NCBI RefSeq assembly: GCF_009914755.1
Contig: NC_060939.1
DNA length: 64,000 nucleotides
From: the human T2T-CHM13v2.0 reference genome, Homo sapiens
Direction: 5' to 3' (one strand)
Below the pieces are notes generated by a model. That model was given only the letters and a program-made list of their open reading frames with translations, had not been told where the DNA came from and ran no database searches. A program made the position numbers and the translations under genes. Positions 1-10,242 of this stretch are shown piece after piece. Every line of letters begins with the position of its first letter. Positions within the stretch are counted from its first letter, which is position 1.

Positions 1-3000
1 CTTTCCACAGTACGCCTCAAAGTTCTCCAATTATCCACTCGTAGATCCTGCAAAAAGAGAGATTCAAAACTGCTCAATCAAAAGATAGTTTCTACTCCAT
101 TAGCTGAAAGACCACATCACAAAAAAAGTTTCTCAGGATGCTTCTGTGTAGTTTTTATGTGAAGATATTTGGTTTTCCACAGTAGGCCTCAAAGCGCTCC
201 AAATATCCACTCACAGATTCTGCAAAAAGAGAGATTCAAAACTGCTGAATCAAAAGACAGTTTCAACTCTGTGACTTCAGTGCACACCTCACAAGGATGT
301 TTCTCAGAATGCTTCTGTGTAGTTTTTATATAAAGATATCTCCTTCTCCAAAATGGATCTCAAAGTTCTCCAAATATTCACTTCCAGATTCTATGGAAAG
401 ATTGTCTCAAAACTGCTCAATCAAACCAAAGGTTCAACTCTGTGAGATGAATGCCCACATCACAAAGAAGTTTCTCAGAGTACTTCTGTGTAGTTTCTAT
501 TTGAGGATAGTTCCTTTTCCACCACAGACCAGAAAGGGCTCCAAATATCCATTGCAGATGGTACAAAAAGTGAGATTCAAAACTGCTCAATCCAAAGGTA
601 GTTTCAACCATGTGATATGAATGCACACAGCACAGAGAATTTTCTCAAAATGCGTCTGTCTAGTTTTTATTTGAAGATATTTCCTTTTCTACCATAGGCC
701 ACAAACGTCTCCAAATATCCACATGCAGCTTCTACAAAAAGAGAGATTCAAAACTTCTCAATCAAAAGATAGGTTCAACTCTGTGAGTTGAAAGCACACC
801 TCACAGAGAAGTTTCTCAGAGTGCTTCTGTGTGTTTTTATGTGAAGATATTTCCTTTTCCACAATAGGCCTCAAAGCTCTCCAAATATCTGCGAGCAGAG
901 TCTACAAAATGAGAGATTCAAAACTGCTCAATGAAAAGATAGGTTCAACTCTGTGAGTTGAAAGCACACCTCCAAAGAAGTTTCTCAGAATGCTTCCGTG
1001 TAGTTTTTATGTGAAGATATTTACTTTTCCACAGTTGTCCCAAAGCTCTAAAATGTCCACTTGCAGACCCTCCAAAAGAGTGTTTCAGAATTGCTCAATC
1101 AAAGGGAAGGTTCAATTCTGTGTGACCAATGCACTCATCACAAAGAAGTTTGTCTGAATGCTTCTGTGTAGAATTGATTTGAAGATAATTCCTTTTCCAC
1201 CACAGTCCGCAAAGGGCTAAAAATATCCACTTGCCGATTCCACAAAAAGAGAGATTCAAAACTGCTCAATCACAAGATAGGTTCAACTTGGTAATTGGAA
1301 AGCACACATGACAAACAATTTCTGAGAATGTTTCTGTGTAGTTTTTAAGGGAAGATATTTGATTTTCAAATGTAGGCCTCAAATCGCTCCAAATATCCAC
1401 TTGCATATTGTACAAAAAGAGAGATTCAAAACTGGTCACTCAAAAGTTGGGTCCAGCTCTGTGAGCTGAATGCACACATCACAAAGATGTTTCTCAGAAG
1501 GTTTCTGTATAGTTTTTATATGAAGATATTGGCTTTTCCACAATATGCCTCAAATCTCCCCAATTATCCACTTGCAGATTCTAGAAAAAGAGTGTTTCAA
1601 AACAGCTCAATCAAAATAAACTTTCAACTCTGTGAGATCAATGCACACATCACAAAGAAGTTTCTCAGAATGCTTCTGTGTAGTTTTTTTTGTGAAGATA
1701 TTTGATTTTCCACAGCAGGCTTCCAAGCACTCCAAATATCCACTCGCAGATTCTGCAAAAAGAGAGATTCAAATCTGCTGAATCAAAAGATAGGTTTAAC
1801 TCTGTGACTTCAATGCACACCTCACAAGGGTGTTTCTCAGAAAGCTTCTGTGTAGTTTTTATATGAAGATATCTCCTTCTCCAAAGCAGGTCTCAAAGCC
1901 CTCCAAATATTCACTTCAAGATTCTACGGAAAGATTGTCTCAACACTGCTAAATCTAAACAAATGTTCAACTCTGTGTGATGAATGCACTCATCACAGAG
2001 TAGTTTCTCTGAATGCCTCTGTGTAGTTTTTATTTGAAGATATTTGCTTTTCCAGTATAGGGCGAAATAGGGCTCCAAATATTCACTTGCAGATTCTACA
2101 AAAGGAGAGATTCCAAACTGCTCAATCAAAACATAGGTTCAACACTGTGAGTTGAATGCACACATCACAAAGAAGTTTCACAGAGTGCTTCTGGGTAGTT
2201 TTTATTTGAGGATATTTCCCTTTCCACAATAGGCCTCAAAGCTTTCCAAATATCCACTTGCAGATTCTGCAAAAAGAGAGATACAAAACTGCTCTATCAA
2301 AAGATAGATTCGACTCTGTGAGTTGAATGCCAACATCGCAAAGAAGTTTCTCAGAATGCTTCTCTGCAGCTTTTTTGTGAGTATGTTTCGTTTTCCACCA
2401 TAGGGCGAAATGGGGCTCCAAATATCCACTTGCATTTCCTACAAAAAGAGAGATTCTAAGCTGCTCAATCAAAACATTGTTTCAACACGGTTAGTTGAAT
2501 GCACACATCCCAAAGATGTTTTTCAGAGTGCTTCTGTGTGGTTTTTATGTGAAGATACTTCCTTTTCCACAATAGGCCTCAAATCTCTGTAAATATCCAC
2601 TTGCAGACTCTACAAAGAGTGTTTCCAAACTCCTCAATCATAAGATAGGTTCAACTCCGATAGTTGAATGCACACATCACAAAGAAGTTTCTCGGAAAGC
2701 TTCTGTGTAGTTTTTGATGAAGATATCTTCTTCTCTAAAACAGAACTCCAAGCCCTCCAAATATTCACTTCAAGATTCTACGGAAAGATTGTCTCAAACT
2801 GCTAAATCAAAACAAAGGTTCAACTCTGTGTGATGAATGCATTCATCACAAAGAAGTTTCTCTGAGTGCTTCTGTGCAGTTTTTATTTGAAGATAATTGC
2901 TTTTCCAGTATAGGGCGAAATAGGGCTCCAAATATTCACTTGCAGATTCTACAGAAAGAGAGATTCCAAACTGCTCAATCAAAACATAGGTTCAACACTG

Positions 3001-3414
3001 TGAGTTGAATGCATACATCGCAAAGAAGTTTCACAGAGTACTTCTGGGTGGTTTTTATTTGAAGATATTTCCCTTTCCACAATAGGCCTCAAAGCTTTCC
3101 AAATGTCCACTTGCAGATTCCACCAAAAGAGTGTTTCGAAACTGCTCAATCAAAAGAAAGGTTCTACTCTGTGGGATGAATGCACACATCACAAAGTAGT
3201 TTCTCAGAATGCTTCTGTGTAGTTTTTATGTGAAGATATTTGTTTTTCCACAGTAGGCCCCAAAGAGCTCCAAATATTCACTTGCAGATTCTACAAAAAG
3301 AGTGTTCCAAAACTGATCCATCATGAAATAGGATCAACCCTGTGAGATGAATGTACGTATGACAGAGAAGTTTCTCAGAATGCTTCTGTGTAGTTTTTAT
3401 GCGAAGATATTCGA
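1..3414. repeat. HOR copy 1 (20 monomers; phase set arbitrarily by the window start)
   Basis: Monomer starts, taken 12 bp after each GAAGAT-like anchor: 1, 173, 344, 515, 685, 855, 1025, 1193, 1363, 1534, 1706, 1877, 2048, 2220, 2391, 2563, 2731, 2901, 3073, 3244. Lengths are 168-172 bp and sum to 3414. Variants seen: 963A, 1449G, 2001T, 3316A; alleles 1531G and 3319C. Confidence 0.96.
2829..2850. repeat. Perfect 22-bp palindrome TGTGATGAATGCATTCATCACA in monomer 17 (one per HOR)
   Basis: The sequence equals its own reverse complement, with an NsiI site (ATGCAT) at its centre. It recurs at the same offset in the complete HOR copies, e.g. 6243-6264. Confidence 0.93.
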
Positions 3415-6400
3415 CTTTCCACAGTACGCCTCAAAGTTCTCCAATTATCCACTCGTAGATCCTGCAAAAAGAGAGATTCAAAACTGCTCAATCAAAAGAT
3501 AGTTTCTACTCCATTAGCTGAAAGACCACATCACAAAAAAAGTTTCTCAGGATGCTTCTGTGTAGTTTTTATGTGAAGATATTTGGTTTTCCACAGTAGG
3601 CCTCAAAGCGCTCCAAATATCCACTCACAGATTCTGCAAAAGGAGAGATTCAAAACTGCTGAATCAAAAGACAGTTTCAACTCTGTGACTTCAGTGCACA
3701 CCTCACAAGGATGTTTCTCAGAATGCTTCTGTGTAGTTTTTATATAAAGATATCTCCTTCTCCAAAATGGATCTCAAAGTTCTCCAAATATTCACTTCCA
3801 GATTCTATGGAAAGATTGTCTCAAAACTGCTCAATCAAACCAAAGGTTCAACTCTGTGAGATGAATGCCCACATCACAAAGAAGTTTCTCAGAGTACTTC
3901 TGTGTAGTTTCTATTTGAGGATAGTTCCTTTTCCACCACAGACCAGAAAGGGCTCCAAATATCCATTGCAGATGGTACAAAAAGTGAGATTCAAAACTGC
4001 TCAATCCAAAGGTAGTTTCAACCATGTGATATGAATGCACACAGCACAGAGAATTTTCTCAAAATGCGTCTGTCTAGTTTTTATTTGAAGATATTTCCTT
4101 TTCTACCATAGGCCACAAACGTCTCCAAATATCCACATGCAGCTTCTACAAAAAGAGAGATTCAAAACTTCTCAATCAAAAGATAGGTTCAACTCTGTGA
4201 GTTGAAAGCACACCTCACAGAGAAGTTTCTCAGAGTGCTTCTGTGTGTTTTTATGTGAAGATATTTCCTTTTCCACAATAGGCCTCAAAGCTCTCCAAAT
4301 ATCTGCGAGCAGAGTCTACAAAATGAGAGATTCAAAACTGCTCAATGAAAAGATAGGTTCAACTCTGTGAGTTGAATGCACACCTCCAAAGAAGTTTCTC
4401 AGAATGCTTCCGTGTAGTTTTTATGTGAAGATATTTACTTTTCCACAGTTGTCCCAAAGCTCTAAAATGTCCACTTGCAGACCCTCCAAAAGAGTGTTTC
4501 AGAATTGCTCAATCAAAGGGAAGGTTCAATTCTGTGTGACCAATGCACTCATCACAAAGAAGTTTGTCTGAATGCTTCTGTGTAGAATTGATTTGAAGAT
4601 AATTCCTTTTCCACCACAGTCCGCAAAGGGCTAAAAATATCCACTTGCCGATTCCACAAAAAGAGAGATTCAAAACTGCTCAATCACAAGATAGGTTCAA
4701 CTTGGTAATTGGAAAGCACACATGACAAACAATTTCTGAGAATGTTTCTGTGTAGTTTTTAAGGGAAGATATTTGATTTTCAAATGTAGGCCTCAAATCG
4801 CTCCAAATATCCACTTGCATATTGTACAAAAAGAGAGATTCAAAACTGGTCACTCAAAAGTTAGGTCCAGCTCTGTGAGCTGAATGCACACATCACAAAG
4901 ATGTTTCTCAGAAGGTTTCTGTATAGTTTTTATATGAAGATATTTGCTTTTCCACAATATGCCTCAAATCTCCCCAATTATCCACTTGCAGATTCTAGAA
5001 AAAGAGTGTTTCAAAACAGCTCAATCAAAATAAACTTTCAACTCTGTGAGATCAATGCACACATCACAAAGAAGTTTCTCAGAATGCTTCTGTGTAGTTT
5101 TTTTTGTGAAGATATTTGATTTTCCACAGCAGGCTTCCAAGCACTCCAAATATCCACTCGCAGATTCTGCAAAAAGAGAGATTCAAATCTGCTGAATCAA
5201 AAGATAGGTTTAACTCTGTGACTTCAATGCACACCTCACAAGGGTGTTTCTCAGAAAGCTTCTGTGTAGTTTTTATATGAAGATATCTCCTTCTCCAAAG
5301 CAGGTCTCAAAGCCCTCCAAATATTCACTTCAAGATTCTACGGAAAGATTGTCTCAACACTGCTAAATCTAAACAAATGTTCAACTCTGTGTGATGAATG
5401 CACTCATCACAGAGAAGTTTCTCTGAATGCCTCTGTGTAGTTTTTATTTGAAGATATTTGCTTTTCCAGTATAGGGCGAAATAGGGCTCCAAATATTCAC
5501 TTGCAGATTCTACAAAAGGAGAGATTCCAAACTGCTCAATCAAAACATAGGTTCAACACTGTGAGTTGAATGCACACATCACAAAGAAGTTTCACAGAGT
5601 GCTTCTGGGTAGTTTTTATTTGAGGATATTTCCCTTTCCACAATAGGCCTCAAAGCTTTCCAAATATCCACTTGCAGATTCTGCAAAAAGAGAGATACAA
5701 AACTGCTCTATCAAAAGATAGATTCGACTCTGTGAGTTGAATGCCAACATCGCAAAGAAGTTTCTCAGAATGCTTCTCTGCAGCTTTTTTGTGAGTATGT
5801 TTCGTTTTCCACCATAGGGCGAAATGGGGCTCCAAATATCCACTTGCATTTCCTACAAAAAGAGAGATTCTAAGCTGCTCAATCAAAACATTGTTTCAAC
5901 ACGGTTAGTTGAATGCACACATCCCAAAGATGTTTTTCAGAGTGCTTCTGTGTGGTTTTTATGTGAAGATACTTCCTTTTCCACAATAGGCCTCAAATCT
6001 CTGTAAATATCCACTTGCAGACTCTACAAAGAGTGTTTCCAAACTCCTCAATCATAAGATAGGTTCAACTCCGATAGTTGAATGCACACATCACAAAGAA
6101 GTTTCTCGGAAAGCTTCTGTGTAGTTTTTGATGAAGATATCTTCTTCTCTAAAACAGAACTCCAAGCCCTCCAAATATTCACTTCAAGATTCTACGGAAA
6201 GATTGTCTCAAACTGCTAAATCAAAACAAAGGTTCAACTCTGTGTGATGAATGCATTCATCACAAAGAAGTTTCTCTGAGTGCTTCTGTGCAGTTTTTAT
6301 TTGAAGATAATTGCTTTTCCAGTATAGGGCGAAATAGGGCTCCAAATATTCACTTGCAGATTCTACAGAAAGAGAGATTCCAAACTGCTCAATCAAAACA

Positions 6401-6828
6401 TAGGTTCAACACTGTGAGTTGAATGCATACATCGCAAAGAAGTTTCACAGAGTACTTCTGGGTGGTTTTTATTTGAAGATATTTCCCTTTCCACAATAGG
6501 CCTCAAAGCTTTCCAAATGTCCACTTGCAGATTCCACCAAAAGAGTGTTTCGAAACTGCTCAATCAAAAGAAAGGTTCTACTCTGTGGGATGAATGCACA
6601 CATCACAAAGTAGTTTCTCAGAATGCTTCTGTGTAGTTTTTATGTGAAGATATTTGTTTTTCCACAGTAGGCCCCAAAGAGCTCCAAATATTCACTTGCA
6701 GATTCTACAAAAAGAGTGTTCCAAAACTGCTCCATCATGAAATAGGATCAACACTGTGAGATGAATGTACGTATGACAGAGAAGTTTCTCAGAATGCTTC
6801 TGTGTAGTTTTTATGCGAAGATATTCGA
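3415..6828. repeat. HOR copy 2
   Basis: 3414-bp repeat of copy 1. Offsets 228G, 1531T, 3319C; private A at 6753. Confidence 0.96.
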
Positions 6829-9800
6829 CTTTCCACAGTACGCCTCAAAGTTCTCCAATTATCCACTCGTAGATCCTGCAAAAAGAGAGATTCAAAACTG
6901 CTCAATCAAAAGATAGTTTCTACTCCATTAGCTGAAACACCACATCACAAAAAAAGTTTCTCAGGATGCTTCTGTGTAGTTTTTATGTGAAGATATTTGG
7001 TTTTCCACAGTAGGCCTCAAAGCGCTCCAAATATCCACTCACAGATTCTGCAAAAGGAGAGATTCAAAACTGCTGAATCAAAAGACAGTTTCAACTCTGT
7101 GACTTCAGTGCACACCTCACAAGGATGTTTCTCAGAATGCTTCTGTGTAGTTTTTATATAAAGATATCTCCTTCTCCAAAATGGATCTCAAAGTTCTCCA
7201 AATATTCACTTCCAGATTCTATGGAAAGATTGTCTCAAAACTGCTCAATCAAACCAAAGGTTCAACTCTGTGAGATGAATGCCCACATCACAAAGAAGTT
7301 TCTCAGAGTACTTCTGTGTAGTTTCTATTTGAGGATAGTTCCTTTTCCACCACAGACCAGAAAGGGCTCCAAATATCCATTGCAGATGGTACAAAAAGTG
7401 AGATTCAAAACTGCTCAATCCAAAGGTAGTTTCAACCATGTGATATGAATGCACACAGCACAGAGAATTTTCTCAAAATGCGTCTGTCTAGTTTTTATTT
7501 GAAGATATTTCCTTTTCTACCATAGGCCACAAACGTCTCCAAATATCCACATGCAGCTTCTACAAAAAGAGAGATTCAAAACTTCTCAATCAAAAGATAG
7601 GTTCAACTCTGTGAGTTGAAAGCACACCTCACAGAGAAGTTTCTCAGAGTGCTTCTGTGTGTTTTTATGTGAAGATATTTCCTTTTCCACAATAGGCCTC
7701 AAAGCTCTCCAAATATCTGCGAGCAGAGTCTACAAAATGAGAGATTCAAAACTGCTCAATGAAAAGATAGGTTCAACTCTGTGAGTTGAATGCACACCTC
7801 CAAAGAAGTTTCTCAGAATGCTTCCGTGTAGTTTTTATGTGAAGATATTTACTTTTCCACAGTTGTCCCAAAGCTCTAAAATGTCCACTTGCAGACCCTC
7901 CAAAAGAGTGTTTCAGAATTGCTCAATCAAAGGGAAGGTTCAATTCTGTGTGACCAATGCACTCATCACAAAGAAGTTTGTCTGAATGCTTCTGTGTAGA
8001 ATTGATTTGAAGATAATTCCTTTTCCACCACAGTCCGCAAAGGGCTAAAAATATCCACTTGCCGATTCCACAAAAAGAGAGATTCAAAACTGCTCAATCA
8101 CAAGATAGGTTCAACTTGGTAATTGGAAAGCACACATGACAAACAATTTCTGAGAATGTTTCTGTGTAGTTTTTAAGGGAAGATATTTGATTTTCAAATG
8201 TAGGCCTCAAATCGCTCCAAATATCCACTTGCATATTGTACAAAAAGAGAGATTCAAAACTGGTCACTCAAAAGTTAGGTCCAGCTCTGTGAGCTGAATG
8301 CACACATCACAAAGATGTTTCTCAGAAGGTTTCTGTATAGTTTTTGTATGAAGATATTGGCTTTTCCACAATATGCCTCAAATCTCCCCAATTATCCACT
8401 TGCAGATAATAGAAAAAGAGTGTTTCAAAACAACTCAATCAAAATAAACTTTCAACTCTGTGAGATCAATGCACACATCACAAAGAAGTTTCTCAGAATG
8501 CTTCTGTGTAGTTTTTTTTGTGAAGATATTTGATTTTCCACAGCAGGCTTCCAAGCACTCCAAATATCCACTCGCAGATTCTGCAAAAAGAGAGATTCAA
8601 ATCTGCTGAATCAAAAGATAGGTTTAACTCTGTGACTTCAATGCACACCTCACAAGGGTGTTTCTCAGAAAGCTTCTGTGTAGTTTTTATATGAAGATAT
8701 CTCCTTCTCCAAAGCAGGTCTCAAAGCCCTCCAAATATTCACTTCAAGATTCTACGGAAAGATTGTCTCAACACTGCTAAATCTAAACAAATGTTCAACT
8801 CTGTGTGATGAATGCACTCATCACACAGAAGTTTCTCTGAATGCCTCTGTGTAGTTTTTATTTGAAGATATTTGCTTTTCCAGTATAGGGCGAAATAGGG
8901 CTCCAAATATTCACTTGCAGATTCTACAAAAGGAGAGATTCCAAACTGCTCAATCAAAACATAGGTTCAACACTGTGAGTTGAATGCACACATCACAAAG
9001 AAGTTTCACAGAGTGCTTCTGGGTAGTTTTTATTTGAGGATATTTCCCTTTCCACAATAGGCCTCAAAGCTTTCCAAATATCCACTTGCAGATTCTGCAA
9101 AAAGAGAGATACAAAACTGCTCTATCAAAAGATAGATTCGACTCTGTGAGTTGAATGCCAACATCGCAAAGAAGTTTCTCAGAATGCTTCTCTGCAGCTT
9201 TTTTGTGAGTATGTTTCGTTTTCCACCATAGGGCGAAATGGGGCTCCAAATATCCACTTGCATTTCCTACAAAAAGAGAGATTCTAAGCTGCTCAATCAA
9301 AACATTGTTTCAACACGGTTAGTTGAATGCACACATCCCAAAGATGTTTTTCAGAGTGCTTCTGTGTGGTTTTTATGTGAAGATACTTCCTTTTCCACAA
9401 TAGGCCTCAAATCTCTGTAAATATCCACTTGCAGACTCTACAAAGAGTGTTTCCAAACTCCTCAATCATAAGATAGGTTCAACTCCGATAGTTGAATGCA
9501 CACATCACAAAGAAGTTTCTCGGAAAGCTTCTGTGTAGTTTTTGATGAAGATATCTTCTTCTCTAAAACAGAACTCCAAGCCCTCCAAATATTCACTTCA
9601 AGATTCTACGGAAAGATTGTCTCAAACTGCTAAATCAAAACAAAGGTTCAACTCTGTGTGATGAATGCATTCATCACAAAGAAGTTTCTCTGAGTGCTTC
9701 TGTGCAGTTTTTATTTGAAGATAATTGCTTTTCCAGTATAGGGCGAAATAGGGCTCCAAATATTCACTTGCAGATTCTACAGAAAGAGAGATTCCAAACT

Positions 9801-10242
9801 GCTCAATCAAAACATAGGTTCAACACTGTGAGTTGAATGCATACATCGCAAAGAAGTTTCACAGAGTACTTCTGGGTGGTTTTTATTTGAAGATATTTCC
9901 CTTTCCACAATAGGCCTCAAAGCTTTCCAAATGTCCACTTGCAGATTCCACCAAAAGAGTGTTTCGAAACTGCTCAATCAAAAGAAAGGTTCTACTCTGT
10001 GGGATGAATGCACACATCACAAAGTAGTTTCTCAGAATGCTTCTGTGTAGTTTTTATGTGAAGATATTTGTTTTTCCACAGTAGGCCCCAAAGAGCTCCA
10101 AATATTCACTTGCAGATTCTACAAAAAGAGTGTTCCAAAACTGCTCCATCATGAAATAGGATCAACCCTGTGAGATGAATGTACGTATGACAGAGAAGTT
10201 TCTCAGAATGCTTCTGTGTAGTTTTTATGCGAAGATATTCGA
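6829..10242. repeat. HOR copy 3 (most variant-rich copy seen)
   Basis: Offsets 110C, 228G, 1518G, 3319C; private changes at 8408-8409, 8433 and 8826. Confidence 0.96.

Noticed and set aside
321-336. TATA-like TTTTTATATAAAG
   Set aside because: It is an AT-rich variant of the monomer's TTTTTATGTGAAG segment, with no other promoter context or downstream gene.
461-490. Imperfect inverted repeat CACAAAGAAGT...ACTTCTGTG around TTCTCAGA
   Set aside because: This is a generic weak dyad present in most alphoid monomers. It is not specific to this array and is not evidence of a terminator or structured RNA.
2385-2410. TTTCGTTTTCCACCATAGGGCGAAA, which resembles a CENP-B box because of TTCG
   Set aside because: It lacks the required TTCG....A..CGGG arrangement on either strand. 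It is an A-type box with substitutions, and the TTTCG/CGAAA arms are only 5 bp.
3133-3142. 10-bp palindrome GTTTCGAAAC and assorted 6-bp palindromes (AGGCCT, AAGCTT, GAGCTC)
   Set aside because: Short enough to be expected by chance in 3.4 kb; useful only as restriction markers.
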